Under the pieces are notes generated by a model. The model did not search any database, had not been told where the DNA came from, and saw only the letters and a list, made by a program, of their open reading frames with translations. Of a stretch of DNA of 64,000 nucleotides, positions 24,201 to 35,400 are shown in pieces. How positions within the stretch are numbered: the stretch's first letter is position 1; every line of letters begins with the position of its first letter. The DNA is from Balanoglossus misakiensis (lineage: Eukaryota; Animalia; Hemichordata), in assembly GCA_040954595.2 (NCBI GenBank), contig CM082582.2:13366327-13430326 (forward strand), in the 5' to 3' direction. The position numbers were made by a program, and so were the translations under genes.

Positions 24201-26204
24201 TGACAATGTTGCACTATCCTTGCTTGCCCTCCCCAACGGATGAGTGTGACCCCCGGGGTGTGGCCCCCGGGTAATAGAACGAAGTGAACTGGCAAATTCG
24301 ATGCCGACGACTTCAAGAGAAGTGTTCATTTTGAATAATTGAGACAGTCGAAAAGAACCACGGCATAATGTTGAATTTTTGCAGCTCAGGGCACAAGGAT
24401 GCCATAAGTAAAGATGACTATGGTTCATTTTTTGGCATTTGTATTGAATTGTTGCGAAATATGCTTTCTCGCACAGTAGGCCCTATAATCGTAATCATCT
24501 TGAGATCTCGCATGGTCTCGGGGAGTTCGGAAAATGGTGTATTGCAGTCGCAGAGATCCTTTTACCTTCAAGTGACAAAATATTTACTCTATTTTATTTT
24601 TTCAGTTTCTTAGATGACCTAGATAGGATATGTGCCGAAGATTACCTTCCGAGCGAACAAGATGTGTTGAGAACTAGAGTTAAGACGACTGGTATCGTAG
24701 AAACTCATTTCAGTTTCAGAAATCTTAATTTCAAGTGAGTATTCTCCTTATACATGATTATTCGTCAACTTCGACTTTTGTCTTCTTGTGTCAGTCCTTT
24801 TCTATCCATCCACATAATCTCGCCGGAAATGTTTATCGAGCGAGAAATAGTCCACAAAAATCTTTCTGAAACTGAGCCTAAATAGCTGAGTTTACATCCG
24901 TTTGATTTGTTTTAATTACTTTATTAGTTACATATTTACCGATGACCTTTCTATTATTTCAGATTATTTGATGTAGGAGGCCAACGCTCAGAGAGAAAGA
25001 AATGGATTCACTGTTTTGAAGATGTTACAGCTATTATCTTTTGCGTTGCAATGAGTGCCTACGACCAAGTACTCTACGAAGATGAATCAACAGTAAGTGA
25101 AATATGCTATGTCTCTGTTTTTGGCGCCTGTTGAGTGCATCGCCCTTTGGCTATAATAACCATGGTAACAAGAGCCTGGCCAACCTTGGGCTGGAATGTA
25201 CAAAAACGTCACCATAGACAGACGCATGCGTGCAGGACGAAAGGGTCACTTAAATGGGAATAAAGAGAATGCTTTCTACATGAGATAATTTTTATAATTA
25301 AAACATCAGTGCTCCTAGGTCAAATTGAATAAAGTATGTTTCCAAATTTAGAAGTGTCAGTCTCTGGTGGCATTATGAAATTTTAGACTAACTTGAATTA
25401 TATTTGAACGTGCTGTGTAATATCATGGAACCAGGCCTGTAATTGAAGTAGACAGTGTACTGATGACCAATTTTATGGATCTTAACATATGATCCATGTG
25501 ATAGAAAGTTCTAAATTCAGTCTCATCATTTTACTGAGCTCTACATAACAAAAAACTCTACATATAGCTAATGCAACTATGCCTTTTTCTTCTCTTGTTT
25601 AACCTTTCTCTCCACAGAACCGAATGCAGGAAAGTTTGAAACTGTTTGACTCAATCTGTAATAACAAATGGTTCACGGATACTTCCATAATTCTGTTTCT
25701 AAATAAGAAAGATTTATTTGAAGAAAAGATATCAAAATCTGCACTTACATTATGCTTCCCCGAGTATACAGGTGAGTGGTTAATAGTGTCTTGTGGTTGA
25801 GAAATTGTAGTTTACAACCTCTGAGGCCATTTCTATACCATAGTTGTCAGCATGCTCATGACTTTTGCTCAAAATTTATTAGGTGGTGAGATTGGGGATT
25901 GAAATGAAATCTTGAAATAAACACTGGACTTGTAAAACATAATACCATGCCAAAAACAATCGGTAAAGTGACTTGTGCCAATTTTTCACAACTTCTTTTT
26001 TTCTTCTCAATTTTAGGACCCAATACTTATCATGAAGCAGCAGCTTATATCCAAGCACAGTTTGAAAGCATGAACAAAAGCACTACCAAAGAGATCTATG
26101 GACACATGACATGTGCCACGGACACCAATAATATTCAGTTTGTATTTGATGCGGTAACGGACACCATTATTGCCAACAATCTCAGGGGATGTGGCCTTTA
26201 TTAA
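12218..26204 (+). CDS. GNAO1: Guanine nucleotide-binding protein G(o) subunit alpha, complete, 354 aa
   Basis: Eight GT-AG exons: 12218-12335, 12607-12649, 13037-13178, 22594-22754, 24606-24734, 24963-25092, 25618-25771, 26017-26204 (1065 nt in total). N-terminus [12 protein letters not shown] (myristoylation/palmitoylation), P-loop [33 protein letters not shown], and the Go-specific C-terminus [12 protein letters not shown] with Cys at -4 (pertussis toxin site). The exon layout matches the vertebrate Gi/o 8-exon plan. Confidence 0.97.
16800..16900. repeat. Degenerate (ATAG)/(ATAC)/(AT) microsatellite in G-alpha-o intron 3
   Basis: tctatatgatatatatcatatagatagatac...atagatacatagatagatacatagat. 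Confidence 0.75.
22907..22936. repeat. (AAAGT)n pentanucleotide microsatellite
   Basis: aaagtaaagtaaagtaaagtaaagtaaagt. Confidence 0.8.
24082..24173. promoter_or_regulatory. Candidate enhancer: CRE - RFX X-box - CRE
   Basis: TGACGTCA at 24082-24089, GTTGCCTGGCAAC at 24135-24147 and TGACGTCA at 24166-24173, in G-alpha-o intron 4. Motif evidence only. Confidence 0.4.
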
Positions 26205-28944
26205 AACCCAGACAGACTGGAGAGTTTCTCAACATTTGCAAAGTCATCCAGGGTGCAAGAACGCCGATACCTAAAAACCAATAGAGTCTGTTGGCCCCAA
26301 ATTAGGTAATAATATCACAGCAAGGATGGTAGATCACAGCTGATTGGCTGTAGGGCAATTCAAATTGGCCAATCACAGCTTGTTTTTGCCACTTAGCTCA
26401 GTCCCATATTGGATCATGGGGGAAAATAAATACCACTTAGTTTCCCAAAACAGAAATGCACAATGCCAAGCTAATGATTTCCCCATTTTCCCATTATATA
26501 GCTTGAGAATTAGTAATGTGCTATTTTCTATTAAAAACAATACAAAAAATCAAAACGAACAATATCTATCTAGCAATCCTGTTTATTGAACAGTGCTTTT
26601 TTCTCTGTTCATGACAGACATTAAAGAAAGCTCTAATGTTAATGAAAAAAAATTAAAAAATAAGCCTTTGATGTGTAGTATTTTGTGTAGGACATAGTGA
26701 CAGAGAATTTGCTCAGATCTTTAGATTGCTGTACATACAGATGTTGTTTACATATAATATATACGGTTCTTTTTTCTGACCAGTGTCCAAGTCTGCATAT
26801 ATGTGCTTACAAAGTAGATTATAAGGGGACCAGAAAAAATTGTCTCAATTTATTTATTAAACTGTTGGAAAAAAATCATGTATACATGTTTTATTTGGAG
26901 TCTTTTTGACCAAATTCTAATCAGTGTTCTTTTTATGAAATTACGGATGAATATTGCATAATTATGAGACCAATTTTAGAAAGGCTTTTCTACTCTCTAT
27001 TTTACACTAACGCATCGCAAGATCCCCTTTGAGCAATACAAATGGGGATGTGGATATCAAGATCTACTGTCCTGTTCTGGGGGTGACGGTGTAGGTCACA
27101 AGACTTAGGCTGATGATAATCACAAATATTCATACAAATAGACTTCAGATTATACTTTTGAAGAATACACGAATTGTTTAAATTCACCTGCATCGGTAAC
27201 AGCAAACAACATTATATTCCCCCCAGAGTCATGCTCAATCTGCAGAAACTATCAGGAAAAAATCTGATTTTCACATTCGAGGCAGCACACAACTTTTAGA
27301 AATAAGCAATTAGAGAAAAGATAACAAAAATATATATGAAAAGTACAAAAAAAATGATAGATACTATTTTGCCTAGTGTACAATAATTGTGGACAACATT
27401 CCTTATCCTTGTGTTGTAAAACATACATTTTTGCTAATCCAAAACATTAAAAATAAATATAAAAAAATAATAGTCTTTCATTGAAAGCTTCCCTTTTAAT
27501 TGTGAAACCAGTCTTTTTTCAGCACTGGTATTGTATTAAAATCCCACAGCTTATAATAGATAGTGATTGATGAAGAAAATGTTTTGACTGTGAGTCAAGG
27601 CATAGTTCAAGTTTAGTGGTACCGGTACACGTCAAATCTTTCAAGAAAAGTAGCGTTTTGTACACCAACAATTTTTTGTACTTTCAGTTGATATTGATAA
27701 CTTACTTGCAAAACATGTTCCAGATGTGTCTGTTTTAAAAAAAAGGTAGAATGCCTATTGGCTTTCAGAACTGACAAACATCCAATAAGAATTGGCCATT
27801 TTTAGAACCCAAACATGACCTCACAATCCTGGTATTTTTGTTGGCCAGAGCCATGTTTGACGCTGTGTATGCCAACCACGTTTCAGTCAATTCTTGCCAA
27901 GTTGTCATGGTAACTCCTTTCCAAGCAAAACTTTGCATTCATCTTCCAATTTTGAACACCACATATCGGCAAAAATGCCAGGATCGGTCGATGCTGAAGT
28001 CACGAAAATGGCCGACTTCTTTATGAAACATTTGGAAGTTTGCCAGATTTCATTCCTCAGAGACACACGTTTACCTGCATCTAGCCACAGTTACCATGGA
28101 ACCTGGAGATCCAGCCAATCCCAAACACCCTTCAAATCCATAAATGGGCATATGCAAATAAGAGGTGAGCGTGTGTCTTTAAACCTTTCACCATTTTCAT
28201 CGTACAATGATCAAAATGTACCATTTGAAGAACAAACATGATCAATAATTTGACAGTGTAACAGACAGATGTAAACTTCACTGAAAAGAAGACACTGTCT
28301 TTATTCTATGTTTGATATATTTTGACTTCTCTTTTCCTGTAAGATTTAATTTTCAAATATTTAATTTTAAAGTATTTATTGATTATACCTCATCTGTTTG
28401 CAACACGTACTGCACTTATGCATGTACATTGTATTAGCTTACCTGAAAACGAAACACCAATTTCTTAGTGGCTAGGTTGGCTATACTCACATGAGCCAGT
28501 GTAATTTAATTCATTCATGACAAATGTGTACTCCCCTTTGAAGCCATTAATTGTGAAACTTAATTCATTTTGTTTTTGTCATACTTTGCAAAGCTAAATA
28601 TGTTGTATGATATGCAGACAGATTGTGGAGACTAATTTTGCGAAGAAATCGTGGCATTCTCATGTGGGGCGTTTTTTTGTCCTCTACTTGTATTCATTTA
28701 ATTGTCACCCATTTCATCATGTGCAGACTACAACTAGATGTAATAATTGACACATTAAAACAATAAATTCTCAAGACATGGCATTCCATTCTGTCACATT
28801 GTAGACCTGGGTGACCCTAAATGACCTGGTATAGTTAAAGCCCTCTGGGTTATGGGAAGGTCAGGTTGACCTTCTCTGTGAACTTTGCATACATGCTAGT
28901 ATTCAACAGAAGTTTTTCTTCCCAGTTGCACATATGTTATTCCT

Positions 28945-29039
28945 TTAACCCTTTCACCACCATGATTTTGTCTTAACCACTTGTTTTCTATGGAAAAGTT
29001 GGGCCTGTATACAGGAAAATGGGGTGGGAGAAAAGTCAA
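28945..29039 (+). mobile_element. ~95-bp piggyBac-like MITE, copy 1
   Basis: Begins TTAA-CCCTTTCACC; internal ttgttttctatggaaaagttgggcctgtatacagg; degenerate right end. Visibly homologous to the copies at 44376 and 47647. Confidence 0.7.
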
Positions 29040-30203
29040 AAGTCTCAAGGTCAACATATCAAAATGTAAAAGCCAATATATGGAAAGTTAATGCACACAC
29101 AACAAAACATCACATGAAAATGTTGCAGCCCTCTCTTGCACACACTGCCGCTCTTAACAATTGAAACCATTGGTCTGCAAAAACCCCACAAAACTTATGT
29201 TTTATATTTACACTAAAGCTACTTGCTTGCCTTTTGTTGTCTTTTTTTTTTCAAAATATAAAACTAATCCTTTTGAGCTTAGTAGGAATGTAGTGTTCAG
29301 AATTTAGCGGGGAAATCTCTCCACTTATAATTGTACTTACAAGACATCATAGTTGACGGCACTGGAAAAGTTTAATATTGACCTCTAACTTTGTTTAATT
29401 TTAGTCCTTTGTTGGGGACAAAGTCTTCTTTGAGGAAAGAAATGGCAAACACAAATGACAGCAAACAAAATATGGAGACACACTGTTCTGTAATCATTAA
29501 GAAGCTATAAGGTCCTTTAATCAAAGAGTTATGTATTACAATACACCAATTTCTGAAATAAAGTGGCTATCTTTAATGTCTCTCACAGTTTGTGTCCATA
29601 CATGGTTTTCTTAAGAGCTGTGGATTAATTAAAATATGCTCATGGTTAAAATTTCTTTATTAAGTGGGGCAAGGGGCAATCTGTTAAAAATCAGATGTAG
29701 GGAACGGCGACGTCTTTTACTTGCGCGGTTCGGTTTTTTATTCTGTCGGCTCACACTACTCGCAGCATACAGTTATTTTGTCACATAAAGCTGTTCTTGT
29801 AAATAGGGTGTCTCAATTAACTGGACAGGATGTGGTAATTTTTCTGTAGTTAAAGATATTATGGTCAATAATGGCTTATTAAATGTCTGTAAATGATGAT
29901 GAATGACAGACATTGAAAAGATATAACAAAGGGAATATAAGAGATTCAGCTGATGACGATAATATTCGTACATCAACGCCTTAGTCACCTAATGAAGTAC
30001 CCTGTCAATGCAAATGTTGATCTCTGCTAGATTGACCTCATTTGTGTTTGAGGGCGCCATACTTGATGTGTTTGACTGCAGGGAGTTGCTCATAGTCATT
30101 GACGTGTGAATTTATAATGTACTCCACGAATTGTGTATGTCATCAGGGGTCACTGTGAAATAACTTACAAATAATACGTTACGCTTCCGTGTTAAAAAAA
30201 GTC

Positions 30204-30209
30204 TTTATT
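30204..30209 (-). terminator. Candidate poly(A) signal of the F-box gene
   Basis: TTTATT on + (AATAAA on -), about 410 nt past the F-box stop. A nearer TTTATT at ~30559 is an alternative. Confidence 0.35.
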
Positions 30210-30620
30210 GATAAAACTCATGCTTTGGTTCAACTCCATTTTCTCAGTGGCAGGGAAATGAGGTGAAATGGTAAAAACAAGACTATTGAAAAGACACACC
30301 TCTCAGACCATCAGATAAAATTTGATATCAATTGCAAAAACTGCTTGCAGTGATTTCTTAAAATAAAAGGCACTGCACTTGCATACAGATCCTAAAAAGT
30401 TACAGGTAAAGGAAAACTTTACTGGCAATATCTTGCATTGAAATTTAAATCCATCCTTGAAATTGTGGGAAGTGTTCATGCTCTTTCTTCCACATTCTGG
30501 ATTAACTTACAAGTACTTCAGTCAATGTGTCAGATCTTGATGGTAGTTAAGGTGGTGTTTTATTGATATATTACATTGTACTTGCAAGAACACATGGTGA
30601 AAAACCAAGCCCCAATGATT

Positions 30621-32252
30621 TCACAAAGCCCACCCTTTCTTATGTCCAGCACAGTAACATGTGTGTTTCAGCTGCTCATCCAGTGAGGAATAGCACAACG
30701 TTCTCCAGTCTTCCTGCAGGATGTGGTCATTTATCTTTTGGAGATTTGGAGCACCTTCACTGAGAACATCATAGAGACAAGCAATATTGATAGCATTAGC
30801 CGGTAGCAGTGGTCCAGTCCATGGAAGTCGGGCAACGATCAAAGTCTGTAAGTTTGGCAGATTGACACTTCCAAGAAAGAGGCCCTTGCAGAGAGCAATG
30901 TCAAGATACTTGAGTGACTTTGACATCATGCTGTAGTGGGGATGGACACTGCCTGGTTTGTAGGGTATCCAAATTTCAAGTTTGAGCGATTCTAACGATT
31001 CCATGCTACGTAGCAAATGGTTAATTCTGTTCTGGGAGATACTCTTGTAAACCCAAATGCGGAAAAGTTCAAGGCATCGGATTTGCTCAAAGGACTTCAG
31101 TAAATCAATGGACACTTCTGACCAATCAAATTCAAAGCGAAAAGTATGAACTGATTGGGAAACTTCCCTGAGTGCTGTAAGAAATTTCTGGAATGCCCTG
31201 ACTCGCTGATACTTCTTTCCTTCAAGAAAATCCTCGGTTCCATAAAGTGAACTAGGTTTCTCCTTTGTTACCGTCCAACTGCACTCAACCACAGAAAGCT
31301 CCTTCATATTTGTCATACTGATTGCATACAAAAGCATTTTCAACCACACTTCGTCGTCTTCCTGGAGATCAAACTGAAACTGGATTTTCCTGAGGATTGC
31401 CTTCCGGGCAGCCAGGTGGGCAACATACTGGTAGGCCCTCTTCTTGAACAAGAGATAATCAGATACAGATCTGTTAATGCATTTGTCACACGTGCGTAAG
31501 GGTCTCATAAACCCAGCAACTGCACACAGGCAGGGGCTGAGGAGACTGAAATCTGCGCAGGACCACAGTCGTGGGGTATACATCAGCTCACTCCACAGTC
31601 TGCTAACTGTCGACAATTTCGCCTTCTCAATAGCATTGAGAAATGAAAACACACGCAGCTGACATTCCTTTGGTAACTTCTCAAATGGAAATACATCAGG
31701 AACAGTTTCTTGGTGTTCAGTTCTGTCTTGGGTTTTCCCGAGATTTCTGGAAGTTGATTTGTACATTGGACCAGCAGATTCCATCAATCTGTTACGTACA
31801 GTAATAGTATAAAACATAAGGATAAGGTCATTGACAATGACATTAAGTGTCAATCATCGGATAGATCTTCCTACCTTAACTTTTTTATTATTATAAAAAA
31901 GATGCGATATTTCAGAGAGTAAAAATCCACAGGATATTTCATAAGCGGAGAGATCAAAGGTGTCTCTCCGATTCTAATAAACTGTGACGTTCTGGTTTGG
32001 CAACAGCTGAGCGCAGTGAAGGACAATCGACATTGATGCTCATTGCAATGCATTCGCTGTAGCCTAGAATCATCGTGTTTTCAGTATCGTCAGTCAAAGC
32101 CATTTCAAATAAAGAATCGTTTTAAACACATAAATTGGCAGAACTGACAAAAGTCAGTGGAGACATAGTTATCATCTGACAGATAGATCACAGGCGCAGG
32201 ATTATACGATCACTTACGTGGAGCTGGACTTTCCTCCCTTCTCTGTGTACAT
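30621..32252 (-). CDS. F-box protein with a degenerate LRR-like C-terminal region (FBXL-like, uncharacterised), ~387-400 aa
   Basis: The main exon 31788-30621 is open and contains a clear F-box (FPFEKLPKECQLRVFSFLNAIEKAKLSTVSRLWSELMYTPRLWSCADF) followed by LxxLxL-type repeats (LESLKLEI, LKYLDIALC, LPNLQTLIV, APNLQKIN). The acceptor is AACAG|ATTGATG at 31789/31788. A 35-nt upstream exon 32252-32218 (ATG TAC ACA GAG AAG... with CAC|GTAAGT donor) joins in frame (MYTEKGGKSSST-LMESAG); otherwise the start is the ATG at 31784. Confidence 0.85.
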
Positions 32253-32480
32253 TTCTTTACTTCCTCGTTTGTTAATTTGTTCATCACTTCTTTTCTATTA
32301 TGTCGTAAAATAAACTTCACGGGCTTTTATAGTGCAAAACAAGTAATGACAAATCTTTTATTACAAAAAATACCAATGTGTTTCAATAAAAGATTATAAT
32401 AAAGGTAATTCCTTAAAGTCCCCTATGCTTTCTCATATTACTCATAACGTAAGATCTACCACCTTACGGCAACTGGGAAA
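32253..32480. promoter_or_regulatory. Putative bidirectional promoter shared by the F-box gene (-) and WDR59 (+)
   Basis: Divergent candidate start codons at 32252 (-) and 32481 (+) have only 228 bp between them. CpG is locally enriched over ~31900-33000, and an ETS-like ACTTCC is at ~32259. Confidence 0.6.
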
Positions 32481-35400
32481 ATGGCAGCAAGATGGAGCGA
32501 AAATATCGTTGCAGAGCACAGAGAACTTCAGGTAATTTAGCATCATTTGCTTCACCAACACTGTTCTCATAAGCAGTGCACTTATAGAGTACCAGGCTCT
32601 CGATTGCCGAAGCATTTTCGTTTTTGCTATACCTTCAAGTGGCGTGTACTTGATTAGAATGACCCACGCCACGCTGAGAATGTAGTGTATGTATGTAGAG
32701 TAGTCTGCACGATGGAAAGTGTTATTTAGTAGTACGTAGTCCTGCGAGAATGATGAGTCTCCGGCTAATATTGGCTGCCCCGCCCACTCTTTCATAACAG
32801 TTTGGCTATGTCGGCCATCTTGTTTGTTTGTTTGTTTGTTTGTCTTTGTGTTTGTTTGTTTGTTTGTTTGTTCAGTTCTGTATAGTTATCTTTGTAAAGA
32901 ATCGACGAAGAGATTTTTTTGAGTTTATGTTTGCCATTGAAGAGCATGGGCTGTTTGTCTACATTAAAGTATATTTAACAACAACAACAACAACGACAAT
33001 GTTTATTCATTCAGTCATTCGTTCGTTCATTCATTCATTCATTCATTCATTCATTCATTCATTCATTCATTCATTCATTCATTGGTTTGTTTCATTGATT
33101 GTTTGTTTGTTTTTGTTTTTGTTTGTGTGTTTTTTCAAGCATATTCAAGAATAAAAGAATGTCATATTCTTGGGCCCATAATAAAATAGCTTTAAGCACA
33201 GGTCTTATTATTTTGTAAAAATATACATGTTGTGAGAACAAGTCAGTTGATTTGGACCCAAATAAGAAAAAGTGCTTTCACCAAACAATTTTGTCATATT
33301 CCAATCTCATGAAAAACATACGTTTAAAAAAGAGCTGTATTTGTTTTCAATTGCCCACAACCATACAGGGCATTTGTCGAGTCATATTTTTCACTTACAC
33401 AGTACTATCAGCACAGTCTGAATTTCAATTAAAAAATTTGAATTATTATTAATATGTGATAATTTTGTCTTTGCAGGCCAATGCAATGGCTGTGGATTGC
33501 TCAGGCCAGTTTGCCATCCTTGCTGGGTATGTTAACTGTGTGTCATTATAAAATATCAAGCATATATATACATAATGACATGTTGCCTCATTTACATTGT
33601 GCAAAGTCTGACTGCAGGTCTTGTCCCATAGTGCAAGTACATGTATGGAAATGTCTCTGTGTTAAAAATATTGCACAATCATAACAATGCAGTTGACGAG
33701 TCTCAGCTTAATGTCAAAATGATCAAACAACAAATTAAAATGTAAGGTGTATATACTGGAAGTAGAATGTGTGGCTGGACTGTGGCCTAGGCACAGTCGA
33801 GAATCTTTCTAAAGTTTCTTGAGATGTTGACAGAGCGCCACCTATAGTCAGGTTTAACAATGTACAGATCTATCCAACATTAGAGACGCCCTTATTTTGA
33901 TGTTATGAACATGTGAACAAATTAAGATTTGTTTCTGCTTTGTTTTCATATTAAAGCTGTTGTTGTTTGTGTAAATTCTCTAGTTTGGATAAACCCCCAT
34001 GTTAAACTCATTCTTGGAATGAATGTGACATGATTGACAGTCTTTGAATGATCAATAACTTTGGGAAACATCTTGACAGAGTATTACTGAATAAATTCGT
34101 TTCATGCTCCTTCCCTTTTTCACTCATAGCAAAAGAGTTTTGGCCGTGATCAACCTGGATAAACCTCAAAAGATTGTGAAAAGAGTTACAAGACAAAGTA
34201 GATGGGAGGTTGGAGTTATGGAATGGAATCCCCACACTGCAAACAAGCATCTTTTTGTGGCCACGGTAAGACAAAGTGAAGTGTGTACAGATTGAGTGAC
34301 TGACACAATAATGTGACTTTCCATGGAAAACAATGACCAAAATATGTCAAAAAAGCTACTTTTCTCTTTACAGTGTATAGGTTATAACACTGGATATCAG
34401 TGTTTGTAATGGACATTTGTTGGTTGGAATAAAATGTTTTGATTCTGCAAATGAAACTTGTCAGTAAAAAATGTATATGTACTATCTCAGAGTTTTTCAA
34501 TCTTTGTATTTGTTTGTGTGAGGCAAGTGTGCGTGTGCTTGTTCATTTTTTTTAGAACTCTAAAAAATAAACATGAACGTGTTGATTCTTTGCAGTCCAA
34601 TCAAAGCGCCGATGTTTGGAGTTGGGAGAATGGGAAAGAAAAACAACAGACAACGTTGAAGGCACACACCAGAGTAATAAGGTAAGTTTATGTGTCAGTT
34701 ATAAAACTTACCTGTCAGTGTTCGACTGTACATAGCACTTGTCATGACTGCCAAATGTAGTTCGGTTCACATAGATGTGAACTCTTTCACCTCATCTGCC
34801 TGTACAGTGGTCCATCCACATCATAGAAAACAATACAATGTGACCAAAGTGTTGTGGTAAAACGTTGCCCAAGCATTTCTAAGCTTTACAATTCCCATAG
34901 CAACCCTGATCCTAGTTTTGACCCTCTTGACAACAGAATTCCTCTGTGATATGGGTGTCTCCACACACCCTGATGTTGTACCATAGACTGTAGAGGGAAG
35001 TGTTTGTACCCTTCATTAACAACCAAGGTTACACAGGTTGAGTGTTGTCAGTGACAACGGCTTACAGTAATTTACCAGTACCTTCATTATTTCAAATTTT
35101 TTGGATCTCAAAAGGTCCCATGTTCACATAGCTCAGCACATCTATGGAATTCTCGGTTTGCTAGTGTATTTGGTAGGTGTTAATAGTCCTACTTAGGGAT
35201 TAATATAACATACACTAATGACTGTAGTCAGAATGTCCTGAAAGCTAATTGGTCAGTGGCATGAATTGCCCTATTAAAGAATGTTAATCACTTTATTTTA
35301 TGTTGGTCTGTAATTGACTTTAACTTCATTTGGGTTATCTGTAAAAAAAAGTATAAAACTACCGCCAGGGTATGCATGGCACCAGACTAATTCCTCTGTC

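Noticed and set aside
31789-31853. ORF-track N-terminus MTLNVIVNDL... of the F-box protein
   Set aside because: This segment is AT-rich and ends in a good acceptor (AACAG at 31789), so it is most likely intron.
32828-33154. 108-aa hydrophobic ORF with HSFI repeats
   Set aside because: It is a translation of the (TTTG)n and (TTCA)n microsatellites.
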